From an uncultured Clostridia bacterium (GTDB lineage: Bacteria > Bacillota > Clostridia > Oscillospirales > Acutalibacteraceae), in the NCBI GenBank assembly GCA_945926705.1, contig CAMEMA010000001.1, positions 1 through 33,091 of the forward strand: a stretch of DNA of 33,091 nucleotides. The letters are read 5' to 3'. A program made the translations under genes and the position numbers. Positions 1 to 8,093 of this stretch are shown piece by piece (the stretch's first letter is position 1; every line of letters begins with the position of its first letter). The notes under the pieces were generated by a model. It worked only from the letters and a program-made list of their open reading frames with translations. It made no database searches and was not told the origin of the DNA.

Positions 1-240
1 TGCTTCTTCGGGTATGAATTTCGGCTCGGTAGTCATTATGGTTTTGCCGGCTGCCGACTGCGGCAGCTCATCTATTGCACGTTCTTTCTTGAAATCGCTG
101 TCAATATTCGGGATAACAAGCGTTTCCATGAATTTTTTTATAAACGTTGATTTCCCTGTGCGAACAGGTCCTACAACGCCTATGTATATGTCACCGCCGG
201 TTCTTTCGGATATATCCTTGTAAATATTACGTTCTTCCAC
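1..240 (-). CDS. spoIVA: Stage IV sporulation protein A (SpoIVA), N-terminal 80 codons; the gene continues past the left window edge
   Basis: Reverse-complement translation from GTG at 240 gives VEERNIYKDISERTGGDIYIGVVGPVRTGKSTFIKKFMETLVIPNI...ELPQSAAGKTIMTTEPKFIPEEA. This matches the conserved SpoIVA N-terminus, including the Walker A GxxGxxRTGKST and the ELPQSAAGKTIMTTEPKF block. AGGA lies 7 nt upstream of the GTG. The + strand ORF 14..223 in the track is its antisense shadow. Confidence 0.85.
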   Translation of the reverse strand, partial: MEERNIYKDISERTGGDIYIGVVGPVRTGKSTFIKKFMETLVIPNIDSDFKKERAIDELPQSAAGKTIMTTEPKFIPEEA

Positions 241-289
241 TTTTTTTCCTGCCGAAATATAAGAAATTATTTAGGGTATTGAGTGTTTT

Positions 290-1828
290 TTATTTTTTTA
301 TTGGAATAAGCAGCATTCTTTTTTGTAACGGATTTGTTTCCGATATATCATTTTCTTGCTTAATTGCATTTACACATGTGTGATATTTTCTTGCGATATC
401 CCAAAGAGTTTCACCATTTTCTGTGTAATATACCACAAGTGAAGCATCACCTTTTTCTATTGGTTGAGCGGTTTCATCGGTTTTTGCGCTAATTACCATT
501 TTTCTTTTTTGAGGAATGTATATTGCTCCGAAAATATCAAAATCAATTTTTAAATCTATTGTATTCGAGTTTGGAATACTGTGCCCAATTGATGTAATAA
601 CGGCATGGGCTTCGAATTTTGAATCAGTAGGAATCTCCTCTGATGAATTTGGATGATTAAATTCAATAATTCTTTCTATGTAAAAAGGAACTTTATCGGA
701 ATCCAGAGCAAGAATACAAATATTTACTTTACCTTTAAATATATTTTTTCCTTCGGTCACTGTTGGAGTGAGTGAATAAGAGTCGCTCCAAATATCTGTT
801 ATTTCGGAAATATTGTTTCCCGATAGACGGATAGAATCTTTGTGGCTTATATTATTTGAAAATGTTCCGAAAAGTTTTTTAAAATTCATTTCTGAAATTT
901 CGGTATTCAACTCGTAGTCTGTTGAATAAACGTCAGAAACAATTCCTATTTCTTTATCTTCGTATGCCATAACTGTTGCTGAAATTTTAATATCTGTGGA
1001 TATTGTTGATTTTTCTCCTTCTGAACGAATTTGTTCGTCGTGACTTAAAACTTCTCCTGTTATTACAAATTTTCCATTCTCATCTGAACCCGGCACATCT
1101 ACGATTTGACTTATAGGAATTGTAAATTCCGCTCGTTCGGTTTTTCCGGAAGAAATATCTCCTATGTAAAGAACTTTTATAAGTGCGTGTCCTTTGACAA
1201 CAATCTTGTTTGGCATAGTTTTGTAGTCGTTAAATATTAAATCTACATCTGAACGTATTATCATTTCCGGGTTAGCCATATTTTCATTAAATTCCAAAAC
1301 TTCGTTGACCGAAAATTGTTGTTGACCAAGACTCGTTAGAGTGCTGCATTGAGTATTTTCAATTTTTTGTTCTATATCTTTTCCGCTTATGGAAGAAGTA
1401 ATTTCTTTAATTGATTTTGTATAAATCTTTGCGCAGATTGAAAGTGCGCCGTGTATATCTATTTTTCTTGGGCTTACTGCTCTACAATTTATATATTCTG
1501 TACGTGCATGAGTAAGTGCAATAGCATTTTCGGGAGTACTCTTTATATCTATAGAAGCCGAAAACGGGACAGAATTTTCACAGCATCGAATATTCATATT
1601 TTCAGAACTCAAATAAATAACTCTTATATTGGCGATACCTTCAATATTAAGTCTGTCTCCGGAAATGTTTCTCACAGTTATGTTTGGACATACTTGACAC
1701 TTTAATATTCTCTGAATGTCAGGGCAATAATCCGGAAGAGAAAAGTCTATGTCCAGCGGTATTTCATGACAACCTTCAAATTCCGGATTTCTGATTGATA
1801 TACTTTCACTATGTACGTCGTAATTCAT
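290..1828 (-). CDS. SipL/SpoVID-like spore coat morphogenetic protein (DUF3794/SPOCS repeats plus C-terminal LysM)
   Basis: 512 aa. The N-terminus (LPDYCPDIQRILKC..V..NISGDRLNIEGIANIRVIYL) is typical of DUF3794. The C-terminal ~45 aa (VVYYTENGETLWDIARKYHTCVNAIKQENDI...LLIP) is a LysM domain. Strong RBS AAGGAGAGG. It ends 50 bp upstream of spoIVA on the same strand. Confidence 0.65.
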   Translation of the reverse strand: MNYDVHSESISIRNPEFEGCHEIPLDIDFSLPDYCPDIQRILKCQVCPNITVRNISGDRLNIEGIANIRVIYLSSENMNIRCCENSVPFSASIDIKSTPENAIALTHARTEYINCRAVSPRKIDIHGALSICAKIYTKSIKEITSSISGKDIEQKIENTQCSTLTSLGQQQFSVNEVLEFNENMANPEMIIRSDVDLIFNDYKTMPNKIVVKGHALIKVLYIGDISSGKTERAEFTIPISQIVDVPGSDENGKFVITGEVLSHDEQIRSEGEKSTISTDIKISATVMAYEDKEIGIVSDVYSTDYELNTEISEMNFKKLFGTFSNNISHKDSIRLSGNNISEITDIWSDSYSLTPTVTEGKNIFKGKVNICILALDSDKVPFYIERIIEFNHPNSSEEIPTDSKFEAHAVITSIGHSIPNSNTIDLKIDFDIFGAIYIPQKRKMVISAKTDETAQPIEKGDASLVVYYTENGETLWDIARKYHTCVNAIKQENDISETNPLQKRMLLIPIKK

Positions 1829-1915
1829 TTTGACCTCTCCTTGTTTTGCATATTGATGAATTTGGTTTGGTAGTAAAATTTATTCATAAGAATCGACTTT
1901 TATTACCCTATATTT

Positions 1916-2671
1916 TTATTGATTGCACATTTGTTTTCCTTGACTGTCCATTGAATAATTTTCCTTGTAGATTATTTCGGATATAGGGATTATTTTGTAT
2001 CCTTCATCTTTTATGGCGTCGATTATTCTGGGAAGTGCTTCGGGAGTATTTTTTGCTCCGTTGTGCATGAGTATTATTGAACCGGGTTTAATTTTGCTTT
2101 TTATCCGTTTTACCATATCATCTGGAGTCGGGTCTTTCCAATCGAGACTGTCTACGTCCCATTGAATGCAGTGCATTTTAAGTTCGTTGGTGCTTTCTAC
2201 GACACAATTATTGTAATCTCCGTAAGGTGGTCTGAATAATATTGGTCTGGGTGCTCCTGCAGCTTCTATTTTTTTGTTGCAGTCTTCTATTTGAGCAAGA
2301 ACTTTTTCTTTTTCGAGTTTTGGAAGATGAGGGTGAGTATCGGAATGATTTCCTACGTCGTGTCCGGCATCAAAAATTGCTTTTACGGACTCAGGGTATT
2401 TTTCAGCCCAAAACCCAACTAAAAAGAAGGTAGCTTTGACCTCTTTGGAAGCTAATATATCAATTAATGTTTGAGTCTGTTCGTTACCCCATGCGGCATC
2501 AAATGAAATACTTACTACTTTATCTTGTCGATCGACACAATAAATAGGAAGCTTGCGTTCTTTTGCCATGAATACATTGCTTTGAAGTGAAACTACACAT
2601 GAAACTACTGCGGTAATTATACATCCTACTATAATCATGAGTCTTTTTCGATTGATTATAAAAACTTTCAT
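1916..2671 (-). CDS. Polysaccharide deacetylase (NodB homology domain), sporulation PdaB-like, with an N-terminal TM anchor
   Basis: 251 aa. Motifs SFDAAWG, ATFFLVG, HDVGNHSDTHPHL and RPPYG are typical of CE4 deacetylases. N-terminal hydrophobic segment. RBS AAGGGGGA. Confidence 0.75.
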   Translation of the reverse strand: MKVFIINRKRLMIIVGCIITAVVSCVVSLQSNVFMAKERKLPIYCVDRQDKVVSISFDAAWGNEQTQTLIDILASKEVKATFFLVGFWAEKYPESVKAIFDAGHDVGNHSDTHPHLPKLEKEKVLAQIEDCNKKIEAAGAPRPILFRPPYGDYNNCVVESTNELKMHCIQWDVDSLDWKDPTPDDMVKRIKSKIKPGSIILMHNGAKNTPEALPRIIDAIKDEGYKIIPISEIIYKENYSMDSQGKQMCNQ

Positions 2672-2699
2672 ATTAAAAAATCCCCCTTACATAATTATT

Positions 2700-2727
2700 A
2701 TGTATGAGAGATTTATTTTAGAATATT
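2700..2727 (-). promoter_or_regulatory. Candidate mother-cell (sigma-E-like) promoter for the PdaB-like gene
   Basis: The minus strand reads TAATATT-N13-CATACAT about 25 nt upstream of the RBS. This resembles the Bacillus/Clostridium sigma-E consensus (kmATATT ... CATACA-T). By-eye match only. Confidence 0.35.
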
Positions 2728-3011
2728 AATTTAATTTAAAAAATTTTGTTTATAGTCTGAAAATAGCTGTTTTAATTGCATTTTTTACAATTTTTTTAAT
2801 TATTTCTTTGGTTTTGAGGTTTGCTTTGTTATCTCTTAATTTATTCTTTAATAAAGCATACATCTGATTTGTTTAGTGGTTTGTCCTACGGCAGTTTATT
2901 CCAAATTACTTTCGCTTAACTTATTTATCGAGCTGATAAAAAATATTAAATTGAGATGATAAATTTATTATTTTTTAGTAAATTCAGTGTTTTCATTTTA
3001 AACATTTACTT

Positions 3012-3048
3012 AAAAAATTTTTGCGGTCGGAATAATTCCCAACCGCAA
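3012..3048 (-). terminator. Probable intrinsic terminator of the 141-aa gene
   Basis: Hairpin ttgcggtcgg-aataattc-ccaaccgcaa with one mismatch, followed on the minus strand by AAATTTTTT. Confidence 0.45.
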
Positions 3049-3076
3049 TATGATTTCATATTAATTATTTATATGC

Positions 3077-3098
3077 GCCGATATTATATCGGCTTTTT
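3077..3098 (+). terminator. Orphan plus-strand intrinsic terminator
   Basis: Perfect palindrome gccgatat-t-atatcggc followed by TTTTT on the + strand only. No annotated + strand gene lies upstream of it. Confidence 0.45.
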
Positions 3099-3149
3099 GT
3101 TACAAGGATAAAGTAAGTCAATCTATCTTTGTAATTGTTTTTCCCCTTC

Positions 3150-3575
3150 TTAGTTCGACTTGGTATCCGCTGCCGGGGCACCACCTGCTGCCGGGGCACC
3201 ACCTGCTGCCGGGGCACCACCTGCTTGTTTACCTTCTGCCTTTTTTCCTTTAAACATTCCGGTTATTTTATCACTATAGTGATAGGCTCCAGCACCTGCT
3301 GCCGCTGTTACTGCTACTGCTCCCAATGCATATATAATTTGTTTCATTCTTGGACTTAATGCAATTCCTGCGCCGCCGGCTACATTTAATTCACCATCGT
3401 CCATTTTTTCAACTTTAACTCCGGAAGACATTAAAGACTCAAGTTTTGTTAATTCTTCCGGTGTGAGCTCGATGCCTTGTTTCTTAAGCTCATCTAATTG
3501 TTCTTGTGTAATATGTGTTACTTCGGGTTTAGCTCCTTCGGCAGGTACTGCCGGTGTAATTTTGTTGTTTTCCAT
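3150..3575 (-). CDS. Hypothetical 141-aa protein: helical acidic N-region ending in VAGG, a Gly/Ala-rich hydrophobic segment, and a C-terminal (GGAPAA)x3 tail
   Basis: The ORF track starts it at TTG 3584, but AAAGGAG sits 9 nt before the ATG at 3575, so I take 3575 as the start. A single predicted TM-like stretch is IIYALGAVAVTAAAGAGAY. I recognise no family. Confidence 0.7.
   Translation of the reverse strand: MENNKITPAVPAEGAKPEVTHITQEQLDELKKQGIELTPEELTKLESLMSSGVKVEKMDDGELNVAGGAGIALSPRMKQIIYALGAVAVTAAAGAGAYHYSDKITGMFKGKKAEGKQAGGAPAAGGAPAAGGAPAADTKSN
3170..3223. repeat. Three perfect tandem copies of an 18-bp GC-rich unit (gctgccggggcaccacct)
   Basis: Read directly at 3170-3187, 3188-3205 and 3206-3223. 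It encodes GGAPAA x3 at the C-terminus of the 141-aa protein and contrasts strongly with the surrounding AT-rich DNA. Confidence 0.95.
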
Positions 3576-3636
3576 TGTAGACAACTCCTTTTAAAATAAT
3601 TTAAGATTATATATAAAAATCATACAATCTAGGATA

Positions 3637-3664
3637 ATAATAACATATTATTTTATAATGTCAA
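3637..3664 (-). promoter_or_regulatory. Sigma-A-type promoter of the 141-aa gene
   Basis: The minus strand reads TTGACA-16 nt-TATTAT, about 50 nt upstream of the RBS. Confidence 0.5.
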
Positions 3665-3691
3665 TACCAAAATATTATTTTTTACATATTT

Positions 3692-6346
3692 TTAAAAATC
3701 TTTTTTGTATACAGCTATCTTTCTATTACCGAGATATTTTTCCAGTTCTGAAATCGCAAGTGGGGTGAGAGATAAACCCCATACTATTGCCCACTGTGAT
3801 AAAGTTAGAGATTCAGTTTTGAAAAATTGAGTTAAGCAAGGTACTGTAGCAGTTATTATTTCCAAAATTATACATAATAATACTGAAAATATTAATTTGG
3901 GATTGCTTAAAAATCCGGTTATAAAAAGAGATTTTTGACTTTGAACATTAAAAGCATGAATAAGTTGGCTGAGCCCTAAAGTAATGAATGCCATTGTCTG
4001 ACCGATTATGGGATGTGAAGGGTCGATATCAAAGAAAGCTCTTCCGATACTGTAAGAGAGTAGTCCTACCGCCGCTATAAAACATCCCTCTATAATTATG
4101 TTGTATCCCAAACCATCCGCAAAGAGATTTTTTTTTGGAGATATCGGAGGACGTTTCATTATATTTTTGTCTACAGGGTCCATTCCAAGTGCTAAAGCGG
4201 GAAATGCATCTGTTACAAGATTTATCCATAAAAGATGTATTGCGAGAAGCGGGGGAGGGACTTTCATTAAAAATCCAAGTAAAACCACCATAACTTCTCC
4301 TATATTTGTGGATATAAGAAAATGGATAGTTTTCTTTATATTTTCAAACATACCTCGACCTTGTCGCACCGCTTCTACAATTGTTGCAAAGTTATCATCG
4401 GTTATTATCATGTCAGAAGCTGATTTTGCTGCGTCGGTTCCTGATTTCCCCATGGCACAGCCTATGTCTGCTGCTTTTAAAGCTGGAGCATCATTTACTC
4501 CATCACCTGTCATAGAGACTATGTGACCGTTTTTTTGAAAAGCTTTTACTATTCTGACTTTATGTTCGGGAGAAACTCTTGCAAATACCGAACACGAATT
4601 TACTTGTAATGCAAGTTCTTCATCTGTCATACAGTTAAGTTCGGCTCCTGTCAGAGCTTTGCTTTTATCGTCGGATATTTTAAGTTCTTTGGCTATGGCT
4701 TTTGCGGTTTCCACATGATCTCCGGTAATCATTACAGGCTTTATTCCTGCGTTTTTACACTCATTAACTGCGGCTTTTGCTTCCGGACGTGGAGGATCGA
4801 TGATTCCAACTAAACCGCAGAAAATCAAATTGTTCTCAATTTTAGTTTCTTCTGGAACAGAATTTTCATCTTTGTATGCAATGGCAATAACTCTTAAAGC
4901 TTTAGAAGCCATTTGGAAATTGTTTTTACTTATTTCTTTTATAATATCATCGGTAATAGGCATTACTTTTTCTCCGCAAAGGAATCTCCCGCACGCTTTT
5001 ATTAAAATTTCCGGGGCACCTTTTGTTACAACTTTAAATGTATTTTTATGAGAAAATACAACGCTCATTAACTTTCTTTTTGAATCAAAAGGTATTTCAA
5101 ATATTTTGTTGTAATCTTTTTTCAAGCTTTTATTTTTGATTCCGCAATTCACTGAAGCCATAAGCAGAGCATTTTCAGTAGGTTCACCCTGGGCAATTGT
5201 TTCGCTGCGGTTTCTCGAAAGTACAGAATTATTGCATAGAGCACCTAATGTAAATAACTCTTTTGCAAAATCACTTTTTAGATTTTCTTCTCCGTTTATG
5301 CTTCTTATTTCTGCAACAGTCATTTTGTTAAGTGTTAAAGTGCCGGTTTTATCTGAACATATCACACTGGCATGACCTAAAGTTTCCACTGCGGGTAAAT
5401 TTCTCACAATTGTATTTCTTTTTGCCATTATGCGGACACCGTTTGCAAGAACTATCGTAACCACAGCAGGAAGTCCTTCCGGTATAGCTGCTACAGCTAA
5501 ACTTATCGAAATCATGAACATTTCAAAAAAGTCGGTATGCTGAAGAATACCTAAAATGAAAACCGCTATACTTACAATCATTATTCCTATCGCAACTATT
5601 TTTCCTGTGACTGAAAGTCTTTGTTGAAGTGGGGTTTGTACTTGTTTTTCGGCGTTAATTAATTTTGAAACTTTTCCGACTTCAGTATTTTCTCCTATTT
5701 CTGTGACAATAGCTTTTGCGTGACCTCTATCTATTATAGAACCACAAAAGAGCATGTTTTTCCTGTCTGCAACTGGAGTATCGTGGTTTAAAATTTCGTT
5801 TTCATCTTTTTCTGTTGCAAAAGATTCTCCTGTCATGGCAGATTCTTCTGCAGCAAGATTTGTGGATTCAATTATTCTTGCATCGGCGCAAACTAAATCT
5901 CCGGTTTTAAGTATTAATATGTCTCCGGGAACGACATCTTGAGAAGCAATTCTTATTATTTTGCCATCTCGCAAAACTTTTGTAAGAGGGGTGGCTAATT
6001 TTTTTAATGATTCTATTTCTTTTTCGGCTCGATTTTCCTGAATTACCCCTATGATTGCATTTATAATTACTATTCCCAATATTATGATTGTATCTATATA
6101 GTCGGATTTATGCCCTATAAACGAAGTGACAAATGAAATGCATGCCGCAATGATTAAAATTATTACCATAAAATCTGAAAATTGAGCAGAGAGTTTTCTT
6201 AAGAAGCTTCTTTTTTCTTCCTTTGATAATATATTTTTTCCATATTTTATTTCTCTTTTTTTAACTTCGGCTCTTGAAAGACCTTTTTCTGAATCGGAAC
6301 CAAATTTTTTAACTGTTTGTTTTGCGGATATAGTGTGCCAGTCCAT
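3692..6346 (-). CDS. Calcium-translocating P-type ATPase (P2A, SERCA/PMCA-like; YloB/LMCA1-like)
   Basis: 884 aa. Motifs: phosphorylation site CSDKTGTLT, M4 motif IPEGLPAVVTIVLA (the Ca-pump type), hinge TGDGVNDAPALK, TGES actuator motif. About 10 TM segments. Confidence 0.85.
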   Translation of the reverse strand: MDWHTISAKQTVKKFGSDSEKGLSRAEVKKREIKYGKNILSKEEKRSFLRKLSAQFSDFMVIILIIAACISFVTSFIGHKSDYIDTIIILGIVIINAIIGVIQENRAEKEIESLKKLATPLTKVLRDGKIIRIASQDVVPGDILILKTGDLVCADARIIESTNLAAEESAMTGESFATEKDENEILNHDTPVADRKNMLFCGSIIDRGHAKAIVTEIGENTEVGKVSKLINAEKQVQTPLQQRLSVTGKIVAIGIMIVSIAVFILGILQHTDFFEMFMISISLAVAAIPEGLPAVVTIVLANGVRIMAKRNTIVRNLPAVETLGHASVICSDKTGTLTLNKMTVAEIRSINGEENLKSDFAKELFTLGALCNNSVLSRNRSETIAQGEPTENALLMASVNCGIKNKSLKKDYNKIFEIPFDSKRKLMSVVFSHKNTFKVVTKGAPEILIKACGRFLCGEKVMPITDDIIKEISKNNFQMASKALRVIAIAYKDENSVPEETKIENNLIFCGLVGIIDPPRPEAKAAVNECKNAGIKPVMITGDHVETAKAIAKELKISDDKSKALTGAELNCMTDEELALQVNSCSVFARVSPEHKVRIVKAFQKNGHIVSMTGDGVNDAPALKAADIGCAMGKSGTDAAKSASDMIITDDNFATIVEAVRQGRGMFENIKKTIHFLISTNIGEVMVVLLGFLMKVPPPLLAIHLLWINLVTDAFPALALGMDPVDKNIMKRPPISPKKNLFADGLGYNIIIEGCFIAAVGLLSYSIGRAFFDIDPSHPIIGQTMAFITLGLSQLIHAFNVQSQKSLFITGFLSNPKLIFSVLLCIILEIITATVPCLTQFFKTESLTLSQWAIVWGLSLTPLAISELEKYLGNRKIAVYKKDF

Positions 6347-6499
6347 AATATTTCACCAAGCGTCCTTTCTGTTTAATAGCTTTTTCTTTACGATAATAAA
6401 ATATATAATTAAAATCGGACATATATTACTTTTGGGTATTTAAAAATATAATGGATTGTGGTATTATATATTTATAAAAATAAGGTTGGAGGAATTATA

Positions 6500-6637
6500 A
6501 TGAAACACATAAAAACCATAAATACTGCCGATTTGAAAAAAAGCGCTTCTTATGGCGGATGCGGTGAGTGTCAAGCTTCCTGTCAGACAGCTTCAAAAGT
6601 TGATAATACAGTAAGTAATCAAAAATGTGAAAAATAG
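6500..6637 (+). CDS. scfA: SCIFF-family radical-SAM-modified peptide precursor (45 aa), atypical four-Cys variant
   Basis: Not in the ORF track because it is under 60 aa. RBS GGAGG lies 7 nt upstream of the ATG. Translation: MKHIKTINTADLKKSASYGGCGECQASCQTASKVDNTVSNQKCEK. The leader MKHIKT.NT..LK, the GGCGECQ.SCQ core, the exact 45-aa length and the adjacent SPASM maturase all fit SCIFF. Confidence 0.85.
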   Translation: MKHIKTINTADLKKSASYGGCGECQASCQTASKVDNTVSNQKCEK

Positions 6638-6665
6638 AAAAAGGAAAATAAAACATTGTTTTGAG

Positions 6666-6698
6666 TTATCTTTCGGTTAATGCCGGAAGATAATTTTT
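6666..6698 (+). terminator. Intrinsic terminator/attenuator between the SCIFF peptide gene and its maturase gene
   Basis: 11-bp stem ttatctttcgg / ccggaagataa (one G-U pair), 6-nt loop, then TTTTT. Confidence 0.6.
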
Positions 6699-6740
6699 AC
6701 TAAAAATAATTTAAAACATTAACGGAAGGCAGAAAATTTA

Positions 6741-8093
6741 ATGATACACAAGTTTAAATGGGACGATATTAATTTTGTTATTGATACAAACAGCGGTGCA
6801 GTACATTCAGTTGACCAGATAACTTACGATATGCTGGATTTTTTAAATGGAAATTTCTTTGATTATACCGAAGACTATTTAGTTAAAAAGTTAGATAAAA
6901 AGTATTCCGAAAATGATATACGAGAAGCATATTCTGAAATTTTGGAACTTTTTAAAAATGAAAAACTTTTTTCGAAAGATTCTTATGAAGATTTGGCAAA
7001 AGAAGAAAAATTGCGTTCGCCGATAAAATCAATATGCCTTAATGTTGCACATGATTGTAATTTGAGATGTTCGTATTGTTTTGCATCCGAAGGAGATTTT
7101 GGATGTGGAAGAGAGCTTATGCCTTTGGAAACTGCAAAAAAATCTGTTGATTTTATAATTGAAAATTCCGGAGGAATAAAAAATCTTGAAATGGATTTTT
7201 TTGGTGGAGAACCTCTTATGAACTGGAACGTTGTAAAAGAAACTGTGAAATATGCGAGGAGTTTGGAAAAGAAGTATAATAAAAATTTCAGATTTACTCT
7301 TACAACAAACGGAATTTTGCTGGACGATGAAAAAATTAATTTTATAAATGAAGAAATATATGATGTAGTTCTTTCGCTTGATGGAAGAAAGGAAATAAAT
7401 GATAAATACAGAATTACTAAGACTAAAAATGGTTCTTATGATATAGTAGTTCCAAAGTTTCAAAAATTAATTTCTCTTCGTGGAAATAAAAGTTATTATG
7501 TTAGAGGAACGTATACAAAAGATAATCTGGATTTTACTAAAGATGTTAAGCATCTTTATAATTTGGGATTTAAAAATATATCTATGGAACCGGTTTTGTG
7601 CGATAAAAAATTTAAATCATCTGTAAATGAAGAAGATATCAGCCGAGTTTTAAATGAGTACGAAAATTTATGCCGAGAATTGATAAAAATGAAAAAATCC
7701 GGTCAAGAGATAAATTTCTTTAATTTCAATATTGATTTTGATAAAGGGCCATGCGTTTTAAAGCGTCTTAAAGGTTGTGGATGCGGAAACGATTACGTTG
7801 CAATTACTCCTAACGGAGATATATTCTCATGCCGCCCTAATATAAACGCAGATGCGTTGAAAATCCGCAATGTAAACGCCGGTACATTTGATGATAATAT
7901 AAAGAAAAAATTTCTCAACACAAGTATTTATAATAAAGAAAAATGTAAAAATTGTTGGGTTAAGTTTTATTGTAGCGGAGGGTGTGCGGCGAAAAATTAT
8001 CAGCATTGCGGAAATATAATGACCCCGTTTTATGTTAACTGTGAAATGCAAAAAAAGAAAATTGAATGCGCAGTAGCTCTTAAGTTTTCATAA
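6741..8093 (+). CDS. scfB: SCIFF radical SAM/SPASM maturase
   Basis: 450 aa. The N-terminus MIHKFKW..INFVIDTNSGAVHSVDQITYDMLDFL is typical of the peptide-binding region. Radical SAM motif CNLRCSYCF. C-terminal SPASM cysteines are present: GCGCGNDYVAITPNGDIFSC and CKNCWVKFYCSGGC. It lies immediately downstream of the SCIFF peptide. Confidence 0.85.
   Translation: MIHKFKWDDINFVIDTNSGAVHSVDQITYDMLDFLNGNFFDYTEDYLVKKLDKKYSENDIREAYSEILELFKNEKLFSKDSYEDLAKEEKLRSPIKSICLNVAHDCNLRCSYCFASEGDFGCGRELMPLETAKKSVDFIIENSGGIKNLEMDFFGGEPLMNWNVVKETVKYARSLEKKYNKNFRFTLTTNGILLDDEKINFINEEIYDVVLSLDGRKEINDKYRITKTKNGSYDIVVPKFQKLISLRGNKSYYVRGTYTKDNLDFTKDVKHLYNLGFKNISMEPVLCDKKFKSSVNEEDISRVLNEYENLCRELIKMKKSGQEINFFNFNIDFDKGPCVLKRLKGCGCGNDYVAITPNGDIFSCRPNINADALKIRNVNAGTFDDNIKKKFLNTSIYNKEKCKNCWVKFYCSGGCAAKNYQHCGNIMTPFYVNCEMQKKKIECAVALKFS

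Noticed and set aside
14-383. Plus-strand ORFs 14..223 and 147..383 from the six-frame track
   Set aside because: The first is the antisense shadow of the clearly recognisable spoIVA N-terminus. The second spans the spoIVA/sipL-like junction, has no RBS, and has a junk-like composition.
4098-4526. Antisense or overlapping ORFs inside large genes: 4029..4229, 4098..4526, 4800..5051, 5136..5375, 7029..7463, 9272..9517, 10316..10561, 16833..17147, 19902..20177 and 27281..27712
   Set aside because: All lie within, and out of frame or antisense to, genes with strong family signatures. They have no RBS and low-complexity translations typical of AT-rich shadow ORFs.
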